A stretch of DNA of 64,000 nt, from NCBI GenBank assembly GCA_021815365.1, contig JAKAGZ010000011.1, positions 1,134 through 65,133 of the forward strand. Reading direction: 5' to 3'. Both the position numbers and the translations under genes were made by a program. The DNA is from Bacteroidota bacterium (GTDB taxonomy: Bacteria > Bacteroidota > Ignavibacteria > Ignavibacteriales > Ignavibacteriaceae). The notes under the pieces are model-generated. The model had not been told where the DNA came from. It saw only the letters and a list, made by a program, of their open reading frames with translations, and searched no databases. Positions within the stretch are counted from its first letter, which is position 1. Each line of letters opens with the position of its first letter. Below, piece by piece: positions 18,959 to 29,222 of the stretch.

Positions 18959-19872
18959 AAAAAGAAGTTAAAGAGCATATCGCTCATAAAATGAAAATTG
19001 CAAAGGACTTTGAGTCTGAAGGAAAGACTTTACACGCACTACAAGTCTATAAAAAGCTTATTGATATTTATCCAACATATACAAAAGCTTATGTTAATTT
19101 AGCAGACCTTTATGAGCGTCTTGGAAAGTTTAATCACGCAGTCGGGCTTCTGAAAAGTTTTTTAAGCATAGATCCCTATAATTATGAAATCAGGATGCAG
19201 CTTGGTCAATATCTTATGAAAAAGGGGAAATGGGACGAAGCCAGCGATGTTCTTGACTTTCTCTCTGCAAAAGGCGATCCGAAAGCTTCTTTTTTCCTCG
19301 GCTTTATAAATTATAAACAGGAAAACTTTGAAATCGCCAAAATGAATTTCCTGAATTTTATAAGATGTGAAAAGGAGCCTGAGATCTTAATGGAGGCTTT
19401 TTTCTATCTTGCAAAAATTGAAATTGAACTTTCTGATTTTGAAAGTGCACTTGCATTCGCAAAAAAAGCAAAAGTATTATATGACAATTTTTGGGAACTT
19501 AACCTCATTACAGCTATTTCATATTTTCACCTTGGGATGTATACCCATGCAGCAACTCATATTGAAAAGGCTAAAAAATTAAATCCTAAAGAAGCCTCTT
19601 TGAGAGAATGGGCAGGAAAAATTTATTTAAAGACACACGAATTTTTAAAGGCAGAAGAGAATTTTTTAAAGTATATTGAGTTGAAAGAGCCAGCCTCTTC
19701 TGAATTATACGCCGATCTGGGAGAAGCCTGTCTTAATGCAAAGAAAGCGGAGGCTGCACTCGCTTACTATGAAATTGCATTAAGGTTAGATCCAGGGAAT
19801 CAATCAGCACAAGCTGGTAAGAAAAATGCAGTATTAGCTGTTGAAAATAATAAGACGAATAATGATGAATAG
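18949..19872 (+). CDS. TPR repeat protein
   Basis: Repeated TPR-like helices ([37 protein letters not shown]); overlaps the guaA stop. Confidence 0.7.
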   Translation: MGMKKEVKEHIAHKMKIAKDFESEGKTLHALQVYKKLIDIYPTYTKAYVNLADLYERLGKFNHAVGLLKSFLSIDPYNYEIRMQLGQYLMKKGKWDEASDVLDFLSAKGDPKASFFLGFINYKQENFEIAKMNFLNFIRCEKEPEILMEAFFYLAKIEIELSDFESALAFAKKAKVLYDNFWELNLITAISYFHLGMYTHAATHIEKAKKLNPKEASLREWAGKIYLKTHEFLKAEENFLKYIELKEPASSELYADLGEACLNAKKAEAALAYYEIALRLDPGNQSAQAGKKNAVLAVENNKTNNDE

Positions 19873-21604
19873 ATTAAAAATCATTTTTGCACTGCTTCTT
19901 TTATTTTTTTGCTGTTCAGTTAAAGCACAGACCGGCAACGAAAAAGAAATTGACCGGCAGTTTAAGCTTGCCCTTAATTTTTATGAGACAAAAAATTATA
20001 AAGATGCCTTAGAGCTTTTTAATCGTTTGATTAAAAATTACCCTTTGAATTCAAAAACAACAGCAGCTTTTCTGTTCAAAGGCAAAACTCTTCTTCAGTT
20101 AAAAAAATATGATGAAGCTGTTGCTGCATTAAACCAGTTCCTGAATATTTATATGGGTAGTAAATATACTGATGAAGCGAGGATGGTAATTACTAAGTGT
20201 TATTTAGAGGAAGGTAAATATGCAGACGCTTTTCAGGAATTAAATATGATCGTTGCTTCGGATAATTCTGCATATACCAGGCAGGCGGAATCATTAGCTG
20301 AACAGTTAGGACAAAATTATTTAACGCCAGAACAGCTGAGAAGTTTTTATGAGAATTCTGATTCTGAAAAGTTAAAGCCTTTTCTGCTTCTGCTGCTTGG
20401 GAAGGTATATCTGAATCTTGGCAATTCTGCAGAGGGTTTGAAAGTTCTTTCAGAGGTGCAGAATATTTATCCCGATACTAAGGAAAGCAGCGAGGCAAAA
20501 GAATTTTACAACGCATTCAGGAATAAAAATTTTACTTCAGCATCCGCTCTGATCGGGGTTATGCTTCCTCTCTTTGCAAATAATACTGCAGACAAAAAGA
20601 CTCCTGCGGAAGAAATTCTTGAGGGAATTAAGTTTGCAGCTTCACAATTCAACAAAAACCATAAAGAAAAAATTGGTTTAATTATCCGGGATACTAAAAG
20701 AGATAAGGATAAAATAAAAGAAATTGCAAATGAGTTTGAAGGAATGCCATCATTAAAAACTGTGATCGGACCGGCTTTTAGTGATGAGGTTCTGGCGGCT
20801 GCCGATGCTTTTAACGGCAGCAATATAAAAATTATTTCTCCAACTGCTACCGATAATGATCTTGCTCAATTCAACAATAATATTTATCAGGCTAATCCTT
20901 CATTTGCAATAAGGGGAAAAACAATGGCAGATTATGTCTTTTACGTTGAGAACAAGAAGAAGATGGGTGTGATAAATTCCGGCACTGGTTATTCCACAAA
21001 ACTTGCTGAGGCATTTATTAATGAATTTGAAAAGCTGGGTGGAATGGTTTTAAGTCATCAGGTATATCCATCGAACAGTGTTGAGATCACAAAACAAATT
21101 TCAAAGATGCTGCCTTTCGCTAATTCTCTGGAGGGTTTGTATGCACCAATATCCGATAGCAAAGAGGCGACTGTAATTCTATCTAGCCTGGTTTTGGACA
21201 GCCTTTATATTCCTCTTTTTGGAAATCAGGATTGGTTTTTAGCAAAGGGAATGGAAACCTCTACTACCCTCAGCAATAATCTGCTAATGACCTCAGATTA
21301 TTTTATAGATTTCAGCGATCCAAAATTTATGGAACTTAGTAAGAAATTTTTTCGTGAAACTAACCACGATTTGAACAGGAATGTTCTTTATGGATATGAT
21401 ACGGCTGAATATCTTTTACAAATTTTATATCAGAGTAAAAACGATCCTGAAAAGATAAAGCAATTGATGGATTCAGGGAAAGCTGTTGATGGCATTCACA
21501 ACAATATATTATTTGATGAAAATCACGTAAATAAATCCTTAAATATAATCCGGTATAACAATGGTGTTTACCGTTTAATTCAAAGATATAACTCGGTTAA
21601 TTAA
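19862..21604 (+). CDS. Secreted protein with an N-terminal TPR domain and a type-1 periplasmic-binding fold (LpoA-like architecture)
   Basis: Signal peptide [23 protein letters not shown], then TPR helices, then a Leu/Ile/Val-binding-like region (IGVMLPL..., IGPAFSDEV, ISPTATDN). ATG 19862 is preferred over TTG 19841. Confidence 0.65.
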   Translation: MMNRLKIIFALLLLFFCCSVKAQTGNEKEIDRQFKLALNFYETKNYKDALELFNRLIKNYPLNSKTTAAFLFKGKTLLQLKKYDEAVAALNQFLNIYMGSKYTDEARMVITKCYLEEGKYADAFQELNMIVASDNSAYTRQAESLAEQLGQNYLTPEQLRSFYENSDSEKLKPFLLLLLGKVYLNLGNSAEGLKVLSEVQNIYPDTKESSEAKEFYNAFRNKNFTSASALIGVMLPLFANNTADKKTPAEEILEGIKFAASQFNKNHKEKIGLIIRDTKRDKDKIKEIANEFEGMPSLKTVIGPAFSDEVLAAADAFNGSNIKIISPTATDNDLAQFNNNIYQANPSFAIRGKTMADYVFYVENKKKMGVINSGTGYSTKLAEAFINEFEKLGGMVLSHQVYPSNSVEITKQISKMLPFANSLEGLYAPISDSKEATVILSSLVLDSLYIPLFGNQDWFLAKGMETSTTLSNNLLMTSDYFIDFSDPKFMELSKKFFRETNHDLNRNVLYGYDTAEYLLQILYQSKNDPEKIKQLMDSGKAVDGIHNNILFDENHVNKSLNIIRYNNGVYRLIQRYNSVN

Positions 21605-21673
21605 TTATGGGGAGGAATTATTTTAAAAGTTAAAGATTTACCCCTTGATGACAGACCAAGGGAAAAACTAACG

Positions 21674-22300
21674 TTGAGAGGGGTGCAAAGTTTAACCGAT
21701 GCAGAATTGCTTGCTATTCTGCTTCGTACAGGTACAAAAGGTAAATCTGTTATTCTGTTAGCCCAGGAGATGATAAAAAACAGCAGAACGCTCGCAGCTC
21801 TTGCATCAAGCTCGCTGTCGGATTTAACAAAAAATTCCGGGATAGGCAGGGATAAAGCAGCAACGCTTCTTGCAGCTTTTGAACTGAGCCGAAGAATTCA
21901 GTCTCAATCGAAATGGTTTTCTGAAAAGAAGATGACTTCGCCGAAAGAAATTGCTGATATTTTTATACCATTGCTGAAAGACGAACTGAAAGAAAAATTT
22001 CTTGTTGTATGTTTAAATTCTGCTAACAAGATCATTAAGTTTGAAGTAATATCGGTCGGGAATTTAAATTCAAGTGTTGTTCATCCGAGAGAAGTTTTTA
22101 AGGTTGCAATTGAGAATAATTCGGCAAGTATAATACTGGTTCATAATCATCCGAGCGGAAATACCGAGCCAAGTAACGAGGATATATCAATAACAAAAAA
22201 AATCGTTGAAAGCGGCAAAATGCTCAGTATACCTGTTTTTGATCATATTATTGTTGCAGGTAATGATTTTACCAGTTTTGTTGAAAGAAGATTAATTTAA
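21674..22300 (+). CDS. radC: RadC-family JAB/MPN-domain protein; the true N-terminus probably lies upstream (see findings)
   Basis: LTDAELLAILLRTGTKG and JAMM motif HNHPSGNTEPSNEDI. The conserved KDLPLDDRPREKL is encoded upstream of the first canonical start. Confidence 0.85.
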   Translation: MRGVQSLTDAELLAILLRTGTKGKSVILLAQEMIKNSRTLAALASSSLSDLTKNSGIGRDKAATLLAAFELSRRIQSQSKWFSEKKMTSPKEIADIFIPLLKDELKEKFLVVCLNSANKIIKFEVISVGNLNSSVVHPREVFKVAIENNSASIILVHNHPSGNTEPSNEDISITKKIVESGKMLSIPVFDHIIVAGNDFTSFVERRLI

Positions 22301-22497
22301 ACTTATTTTGTTTGTAGCTTTTTTAATGACAAAAAAATCATATTTTTGTTTATTACATCTGGTGTCTTTAATTATTAAGTTGGAACAAAAAATAGTCTGA
22401 GGCCGGAAATAATTTTGATACAGTAACTTAGTGATTGATAATTCACTGTAAATGTAATATATTCAACAATCATAAATAAAATAGTCGGAGGTTCTAA

Positions 22498-22773
22498 ATG
22501 AAAGTAATTAAAGTGGTTAGAAATACTGCAATAATTGCTGTGTTTGCAGGTGCCGCAGCTATTCTGAATGGCTGTGGTGGTGTTAGTGACGCGCAAATGG
22601 CGGAGCTGAATAATCTGAAAAGTGAAGTGTCTTCTCTACAGGCTCAGTCTAATTCTTTGAAAGAACAAAGAGCTGATCTTCAAAAAGAGATAGCTGCTAA
22701 AAATGCAAAACTTGAGGATTGCAAGAAGCAGAAAGAAGAAACAAAAGCTAATCTTGACAAAATGGCTCATTAA
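22498..22773 (+). CDS. Small coiled-coil lipoprotein (Braun-lipoprotein-like architecture)
   Basis: Lipobox AILNGC, then about 65 aa of heptad-like sequence (MAELNNLKSEVSSLQAQSNSLKEQRADLQKEI...). Confidence 0.65.
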   Translation: MKVIKVVRNTAIIAVFAGAAAILNGCGGVSDAQMAELNNLKSEVSSLQAQSNSLKEQRADLQKEIAAKNAKLEDCKKQKEETKANLDKMAH

Positions 22774-22797
22774 TCTTTTAAAGAATAATTTTAACAA

Positions 22798-23499
22798 ATG
22801 AAATCGGAGAATAAAATGAAATTCAAATATTTAATCAGCGTACTGACAATACTGCTTTTCTTCTCTGTCAATATGGTTGCACAGCAAAAAGAAGAAAAGA
22901 TGGATGAGGATCAATGGAAGAAAGAAATGACTGACCTCAGAGCACAAAAAGAAAGTCTCACAACCGAAGTTAATTCATTACAAACTGAAGTTAATAATTT
23001 AAAAGCAACACAAGTTCAGTCTTATGATGACTGTATGAATGAACTTTATGCAATGGTTGGCGCAACTAAATCTGATGTTGCTAACTTCCGTAATGCTGTA
23101 AGTGAGTTAGAAGGAAAAATAAACAGCCAGGAAGGTCCAAAAGCAGACAGGCAAAAAGATCTTGATGCACTAAAAATGAATAAAATAAGTGCGCTGCCTG
23201 AATTTTATGACAGAGTTCATGGCAGCATGCAGAGAGCTCTCGATGCATGGATCGAAGCACCAAAAGAAGTTGACTATACTGTTGTTAAAGGCGACTGCCT
23301 CTGGAATATTGCTAAGAAGAAAGAATTCTACGGGAACGGTTTTGCCTGGCCGAATATTTATAAAGCTAACAGGGATAAAATTAAAAATCCGGATCTGATC
23401 TATCCGAAACAGGTTTTCAAGATTCCGAATCTTACGGATGAAGAAAAGGCTAAGTATGATAAGATCAGAAGAAATTATAAACCAGCTCCGGTAAAATAA
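22798..23499 (+). CDS. Secreted coiled-coil protein with a C-terminal LysM domain
   Basis: Signal peptide MKFKYLISVLTILLFFSVNMVAQ (alternative start ATG 22816), a coiled coil, and LysM YTVVKGDCLWNIAKK...IYPKQVFKIP. Confidence 0.75.
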   Translation: MKSENKMKFKYLISVLTILLFFSVNMVAQQKEEKMDEDQWKKEMTDLRAQKESLTTEVNSLQTEVNNLKATQVQSYDDCMNELYAMVGATKSDVANFRNAVSELEGKINSQEGPKADRQKDLDALKMNKISALPEFYDRVHGSMQRALDAWIEAPKEVDYTVVKGDCLWNIAKKKEFYGNGFAWPNIYKANRDKIKNPDLIYPKQVFKIPNLTDEEKAKYDKIRRNYKPAPVK

Positions 23500-23532
23500 A
23501 TTCCGGTAAAGTTTTTTTATCTTGAAGAGAGT

Positions 23533-23569
23533 AAACCCTTATCATAATTTTATGGTAAGGGTTTTTTTA
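23533..23569 (+). terminator. Rho-independent terminator
   Basis: AAACCCTTATCATAA-ttt-TATGGTAAGGGTTT (one mismatch) is followed by a T-run. Confidence 0.75.
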
Positions 23570-23589
23570 TTAAGAGCAGAAGGAAAGAT

Positions 23590-24552
23590 ATGACGGCAAT
23601 AGAAAAGCGAATAATACTTGAAAATACTGATATGCTTTCGCTTTTAGGAATGAATGATAATAATCTGAAGCTGATTGAAGACAGATTTAACGCTACTGTA
23701 ATAGTAAGAGGTGAAAATGTTATCATAAAAGGGGTGCCAGAAGAGATAAACTCTATCGAAAAAATCTTTAAGGAAATGGTATATGTGCTTAATACCAATG
23801 GAGAGCTTAAGACTTCTGATGTAGAAACGATTCTCGACCTTACTGTTGAAGGCAAAGAAGTTGTTAACGAAAAAGAAATTGATTCTGTAATTCTGTATAC
23901 AAAGAATGATTCGATAAGGGCAAAAACTCCCGGTCAGTTGAATTACTTACAAATAGCAAATAAAAATGATATCTGCTTTGCTATTGGTCCCGCAGGAACA
24001 GGAAAAACCTACCTTGCAGTTGCACTTGCCGTATCTTCTTTGAAAAAAGGTATTGTAAATAAAATTGTTCTTGCCCGTCCCGCAGTAGAAGCCGGCGAGA
24101 GCCTCGGTTTTTTGCCCGGTGATTTCAGGGAAAAAATTGATCCATACCTTCGGCCGCTTTATGATGCTCTGGATGATATGATGCCCAGTGATAAACTAAA
24201 AGGATATATCGAAAAAAGAATAGTAGAAATTGTTCCTCTTGCTTATATGAGGGGGCGAACGTTGAATAACGCTTTTGTAATTCTTGATGAGGCACAGAAC
24301 GCAACAGATATCCAGATGAAAATGTTTTTAACAAGACTTGGTGCAAATTCTAAGGCGATTATAACAGGAGATATAACTCAGATTGATCTGCCCGGCAAAA
24401 GTGTGAGCGGGCTTGTTCAGGCGAAAGAAATTTTAAGTAGTATTGATGGTGTTGGCTTTGTTTATTTTGATAAGTCAGATGTGGTGAGGCATAAGCTTGT
24501 TAAAGATATAATTGATGCTTACGAAAAATTCCATAATAACGACAAGCCGTAG
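23590..24552 (+). CDS. phoH: PhoH-family ATPase
   Basis: Walker A GPAGTGKTYLAVA, VILDEAQN, ITGDITQIDLP; 320 aa. Confidence 0.9.
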   Translation: MTAIEKRIILENTDMLSLLGMNDNNLKLIEDRFNATVIVRGENVIIKGVPEEINSIEKIFKEMVYVLNTNGELKTSDVETILDLTVEGKEVVNEKEIDSVILYTKNDSIRAKTPGQLNYLQIANKNDICFAIGPAGTGKTYLAVALAVSSLKKGIVNKIVLARPAVEAGESLGFLPGDFREKIDPYLRPLYDALDDMMPSDKLKGYIEKRIVEIVPLAYMRGRTLNNAFVILDEAQNATDIQMKMFLTRLGANSKAIITGDITQIDLPGKSVSGLVQAKEILSSIDGVGFVYFDKSDVVRHKLVKDIIDAYEKFHNNDKP

Positions 24553-24553
24553 A

Positions 24554-25315
24554 TTAAACCCTGCTTTTACTTTCTTCCCAATACCTGTCCATTTCCTTTA
24601 AATTTGATTCATTAATTTTTCGCCCGCTTTCAGTTATTTTCTTTTCTATATAATTAAACCTGCTGGTAAATTTTTCATTTGTTTTCCGAAGAGCATTTTC
24701 CGGGTTCACATTCAGAAATCTTGCATAATTCACAAGCGCAAAGAAAACATCTCCTATTTCATTTTCCAACTCTTCATGCGATTCCTCTTTTTCTGAACGA
24801 TGCATTTCCTCGATTTCTTCAATAACCTTTTTCCAGACATCTTCTTTCTTTTCCCAATCAAATCCTACTTTTGCTGCCTTTTCCTGCAGGCGGTGTGCCC
24901 GCTGCAAAGATGGAAGGTTACGCGGGACACCATCAAGTACAGACCCTCTGCCTTCTTCTAATTTTATAACTTCCCAGTTTTTTTTAACTTCTTCCGATCC
25001 GTTAACTACTGTCTCTCCGAAAACGTGCGGATGTCTTCTTATTAGTTTTTCTTTAATTGAATCAATAACATTTTCAAGGGTAAATTTCTGCAGTTCTTCA
25101 GCCATAACCGAATGGAAGACAATATGCAGAAGCAGGTCGCCTAATTCTTTTTTCAGTTCATCATAATCTTTATTGTCAATTGCTTCAACCACTTCATAAG
25201 CTTCTTCAATTGTAGCAGCTTTGATAGAATCATTTGTCTGCTCTTTATCCCAGGGACACTCAGCTCTTAATTGTCTTACAATATCAACCAGCTCTTTGAA
25301 TTTATTTTCAATCAT
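24554..25315 (-). CDS. mazG: Nucleoside triphosphate pyrophosphohydrolase MazG
   Basis: CPWDKEQT, EEAYEVVEAI, and a second MazG repeat EEIEEM...EIGDVFFALVN. Confidence 0.9.
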   Translation of the reverse strand: MIENKFKELVDIVRQLRAECPWDKEQTNDSIKAATIEEAYEVVEAIDNKDYDELKKELGDLLLHIVFHSVMAEELQKFTLENVIDSIKEKLIRRHPHVFGETVVNGSEEVKKNWEVIKLEEGRGSVLDGVPRNLPSLQRAHRLQEKAAKVGFDWEKKEDVWKKVIEEIEEMHRSEKEESHEELENEIGDVFFALVNYARFLNVNPENALRKTNEKFTSRFNYIEKKITESGRKINESNLKEMDRYWEESKSRV

Positions 25316-25384
25316 TAATTATATTCCTTAGTTTTGAACGTTAATATTTAATCGTTCTAAAAATAAGAAAAAGCGGAGACTAAA

Positions 25385-25840
25385 ATGGTCGAAGAAAAAA
25401 TTAAAGAGTTAGGTTTCGAGCTTCCTGAAGCACCTAAACCATTAGCTGCTTATGTTCCGGCGCTTGCTGCAAATGATTTTGTATTCACAGCCGGACAGCT
25501 CCCTTCTGTTAAAGGTGAGTTAAAATATAAAGGTAAAGTTGGTCGGGATCTCACGGAAGAGGAAGGCAAAAAAGCTGCTGAAATTTGTGCACTAAATTGT
25601 CTCGGTGCTGTAAAAGGAGTTATCGGAAGTCTTGACAAAATTGATCGCATTATTAAACTAACTGTCTTTGTTAACAGTGCCGAGGGTTTTACTTCTCAGC
25701 CTAAAGTAGCAAACGGCGCATCGGAATTAATCGGAAAAATATTTGGAGATAATGGCAGGCATGCTCGCAGCGCTGTTGGCGTTAACGAATTACCTCTTGA
25801 TGCTCCTGTAGAAGTTGAAATGATTGTGAAATTAAAATGA
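25385..25840 (+). CDS. RidA/YjgF/UK114-family protein
   Basis: 151 aa; FVFTAGQLP...[18 protein letters not shown] is typical of the family. Confidence 0.8.
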   Translation: MVEEKIKELGFELPEAPKPLAAYVPALAANDFVFTAGQLPSVKGELKYKGKVGRDLTEEEGKKAAEICALNCLGAVKGVIGSLDKIDRIIKLTVFVNSAEGFTSQPKVANGASELIGKIFGDNGRHARSAVGVNELPLDAPVEVEMIVKLK

Positions 25841-25986
25841 TCAAAAATATAATCCGAAGGGTGTAATGGAACAAAAAAAATTCGATATATATATAAAACT
25901 CCAGCGTCTAATTTTTTGATTGCACATATTCACATTGATTTTATTGAGTCTTTTATTTAATATTGTATCAAATTTATAGGTTAAAA

Positions 25987-26508
25987 ATGAAAAAGCTGCT
26001 TATTCTGTTTGCCTCATTATTTACAATATCAGCATTCGGTCAGTTTAAAGATTCTGGATTTCCGACAACTTCTGTTTATGATGGTATTATTAATACGCAA
26101 TCGAATTCATTATTTGGTTTTTTAAATTCAGATAATTTCCAGATGCATCATTCTTACCAGATGTCCCTTTCTACATTCGGAGGGCAAAGCCTTGCATTAG
26201 GTGCATATACAAACAGTATCTTTTATAAGTTCAGCGACAAACTTAATTTTCAGTTAGCAACAAGTATTGTAATGTCTCCATACAGCTCTTTAGGAAAAAA
26301 TTTTCAAAACAGTATTAATGGAATTTATATTAATAATGCACAGATAAACTATAGACCCTGGAAGAATGTAGATATAAGCCTTCAGTACAGTCAGCTTCCG
26401 GGAGGATATTATTACAGCCCTTATTCGTATTACGGATTAGGTCAGCCCGGCTTTCTGTACAATTATGGATTTCAAAACTGGAACGGTCAGCAAACCACTG
26501 CTAAATAG
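25987..26508 (+). CDS. Secreted hypothetical protein, Y/G/N/Q-rich (possibly a small beta-barrel)
   Basis: Signal peptide MKKLLILFASLFTISAFGQ; no recognisable motif. Confidence 0.55.
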   Translation: MKKLLILFASLFTISAFGQFKDSGFPTTSVYDGIINTQSNSLFGFLNSDNFQMHHSYQMSLSTFGGQSLALGAYTNSIFYKFSDKLNFQLATSIVMSPYSSLGKNFQNSINGIYINNAQINYRPWKNVDISLQYSQLPGGYYYSPYSYYGLGQPGFLYNYGFQNWNGQQTTAK

Positions 26509-26548
26509 AAAATTTAAAAGTGTAATTGTTTTATCTAAGCGAGAGTAA

Positions 26549-27055
26549 TTGAAGGAAAAAAATAATACCTATTCCAGCCTGTCTGGAGAGAGAAAAGACC
26601 AGAAAAATGTGAACCTGAAGACCTCAACTTCCAACCTGTTTTTAAATACCGTTATTATTTTGCTGGGCGTTATTATTATTGTAATGATTTATTCCCTGGT
26701 TTCTAAATTTGATAGTAAGCAGGACGATATCATTTCTTCGGGAAGTAAAAAGGCTTCAACAATTGTCCAGGTAGAAGTATTAAATGGCTGCGGCGTCCAG
26801 GGTGTTGCGGATAAAATTACTGATTTTCTTAGGAAAAATAATTTCGATGTTGTTCAAACAGGGAACTACACGTCTTTCGATATGGATAAATCTCTGGTTA
26901 TAGACCGCACCGGCAACAAGGCGAATGCCGAAAAAGTTGCAGCATCACTTGGACTTGATAAAAAAAATATTGTGCAGCAGATAAGTAACGATTATTTACT
27001 TGACTGCTCTGTAGTTATTGGTAAAGATTATTCCCAGCTTAAACCTTATAATTAA
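26549..27055 (+). CDS. LytR_C-domain membrane protein (TTG start)
   Basis: One TM, then VEVLNGCGVQGVADKITDFLRKNNFDV, typical of the LytR C-terminal domain. Confidence 0.7.
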   Translation: MKEKNNTYSSLSGERKDQKNVNLKTSTSNLFLNTVIILLGVIIIVMIYSLVSKFDSKQDDIISSGSKKASTIVQVEVLNGCGVQGVADKITDFLRKNNFDVVQTGNYTSFDMDKSLVIDRTGNKANAEKVAASLGLDKKNIVQQISNDYLLDCSVVIGKDYSQLKPYN

Positions 27056-27065
27056 AGGAATAGTA

Positions 27066-27539
27066 TTGAATTCAAAACAACTTGCTATAAAAGCTTCCGA
27101 ACATATTTTTGCGAAAAAAGGTTACGATGTTAGTATCCTCGATCTTTCAAGGCTGACATCTTTTGCCGATTATTTTGTTATTTGTTCAGCGGATTCAGAT
27201 ACTCAGGTTAAAGCGATTTCTGATGAGGTTGAAAGAAAGTTAAGAGAGGGCGGTATTCATTCATGGCATCGCGAAGGTTACGATTCACTTAACTGGGTAC
27301 TTTTGGATTATGTAGACGTTGTAGTTCATATTTTTAAAAAAGATTCGAGGCAGTTTTATAATCTTGAAAAATTGTGGGGAGATGCGCCAGTGATAGAAGT
27401 AACGGATCCATCAATTGAAATGGAGAAAAAGTCCTCTTCAGGCGGTGCTAAAAAAATTAGTAAATCATCCTCACGAAAAACCGTAATAAAAAAAAGCGGC
27501 ACAGGCACCAAGAGATCCTCCAAAACTTCAGGTAAATAA
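27066..27539 (+). CDS. rsfS: Ribosome silencing factor RsfS (iojap) with a basic Ser/Lys-rich C-terminal tail
   Basis: KKGYDVSILDL...ADYFVICSADSDTQVKAISDEV...NWVLLDYVDVVVHIF. Start is TTG 27066, or the tracked 27018. Confidence 0.85.
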   Translation: MNSKQLAIKASEHIFAKKGYDVSILDLSRLTSFADYFVICSADSDTQVKAISDEVERKLREGGIHSWHREGYDSLNWVLLDYVDVVVHIFKKDSRQFYNLEKLWGDAPVIEVTDPSIEMEKKSSSGGAKKISKSSSRKTVIKKSGTGTKRSSKTSGK

Positions 27540-27593
27540 TTGTATTTTTATGATTATTTTTTCCTTATTCTATTATAAAATTGGAAGATAATC

Positions 27594-29222
27594 TTGAAAG
27601 AGTACCTGATTTCTATTTTTAATAAAGCAGCCGGTAAATTGCCGTACTTACAAAGCGTTTCACTTAACTTCGAGAACCCGAAAATTGAACTACACGGTGA
27701 CTTGTCCTGTAATGCTGCAATACTTCTTGCTAAGCAGCTTAAAAAAAAACCAAGAGATATTGCACAGGAAATTATAAACACTCTCGAAACCGATCCAAAT
27801 ATAATTTCAAAAATAGAAATTGCCGGACCAGGCTTTATTAATTTCTTTTTTGAGCCTGCTTTCGTTGCTCAAATAATAAAGAGCATCTTAAAGGGACAGG
27901 AATCATTCGGCAGGTCTGATGCTTTTAAGGGGAAAAAAGCAAACGTGGAGTTTGTCTCCGCAAATCCAACCGGACCTCTGACAGTCGGACACGGAAGAAA
28001 TGCTGTTTGCGGCGATACCATTGCCAATTTGTTAGAGTGGGTTGGATACAAAGTTGACAGGGAATATTATTTCAACAACGCCGGCAGGCAAATGCGTGTG
28101 CTGGGCGATTCGGTTAAACTGAGATACCTGGAATTGCTTGGTGAAAAGATCAGCTTCCCTGAAGATTATTACCAGGGAGATTATATAAAGGATATTGCGA
28201 AGAATCTTGTTAATGAATATGGAGATAAATTAAAAGATGAACAGCCGGAGGGTATTTTCAAACAGCGAGCTGAGAAAGAAATTTTTAACGATATTAAAAA
28301 AACCCTCTCAAGCCTGAATATTATTCATAACATATTTTATAACGAAAACTCTTTATACGAAGAGGGGAGAATAAAAAGACTTTTAGAAATTTATAAAGAA
28401 AAAAATCTTTCTTTTGAAAAAGATGGGGCAACCTGGCTCAAGTTAACCCAGCTTGGAAGTGAACAGGATAAAGTTATTGTAAAATCCAGCGGCGAACCTA
28501 CCTACAGACTCCCTGATATAGCTTATCATATTACTAAATTTGAAAGGGGCTATGACCTGATGGTTGACTTGTTCGGGTCTGATCATAATGCTACCTATCC
28601 CGATGTTTCTGCAGGATTAAAAGCTTTGGGTTATGATTCAAATAAAATAAAAGTATTAATACATCAGTTCGTAACTATTATGGAGAACGGCGAAGCTGTT
28701 AAAATGTCAACAAGAAAAGCTAACTTCATTACGCTCGATCAACTGATTAGCGAAGTTGGGAGCGACGTTGTCCGATACTTTTTTAATATGAGAAATATTA
28801 CGACGCACATGAATTTTGATCTGTCGCTTGCTAAAAAACAATCTGACGAAAACCCTGTTTTTTATCTCCAGTACGCTCACGCAAGGATTTGTTCTATTTT
28901 AAAGATGGTTGAGAAAGAGAATCTCAAGGCATCACAGGAAAATCTGGATTTGCTTACTTCAAATGAAGAGCAGCAGCTATTAAAAAAACTTCATCAGTTC
29001 AGAGATGAAGTATTTTTAAGCGCGCTTTTTTTTGAAACACACCGTATATGCACATATCTCGAGGAGCTTGCAGCCGCATTTCATAAATTCTATACATTTT
29101 GCAGAATTTTGGGAAGTGAAAAAAAACTTGCTGAAGCAAGAATAGCATTAGCAGAGGCTGCTAAAATTGTCATTAAAAACGGGCTTACTATTTTAGGAGT
29201 AAATGCCCCTGAAAGGATGTAA
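27594..29222 (+). CDS. argS: Arginine--tRNA ligase (TTG start)
   Basis: SANPTGPLTVGHGRN (HIGH region), KMSTRK (KMSKS), C-terminal anticodon-binding region; 542 aa. Confidence 0.95.
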   Translation: MKEYLISIFNKAAGKLPYLQSVSLNFENPKIELHGDLSCNAAILLAKQLKKKPRDIAQEIINTLETDPNIISKIEIAGPGFINFFFEPAFVAQIIKSILKGQESFGRSDAFKGKKANVEFVSANPTGPLTVGHGRNAVCGDTIANLLEWVGYKVDREYYFNNAGRQMRVLGDSVKLRYLELLGEKISFPEDYYQGDYIKDIAKNLVNEYGDKLKDEQPEGIFKQRAEKEIFNDIKKTLSSLNIIHNIFYNENSLYEEGRIKRLLEIYKEKNLSFEKDGATWLKLTQLGSEQDKVIVKSSGEPTYRLPDIAYHITKFERGYDLMVDLFGSDHNATYPDVSAGLKALGYDSNKIKVLIHQFVTIMENGEAVKMSTRKANFITLDQLISEVGSDVVRYFFNMRNITTHMNFDLSLAKKQSDENPVFYLQYAHARICSILKMVEKENLKASQENLDLLTSNEEQQLLKKLHQFRDEVFLSALFFETHRICTYLEELAAAFHKFYTFCRILGSEKKLAEARIALAEAAKIVIKNGLTILGVNAPERM

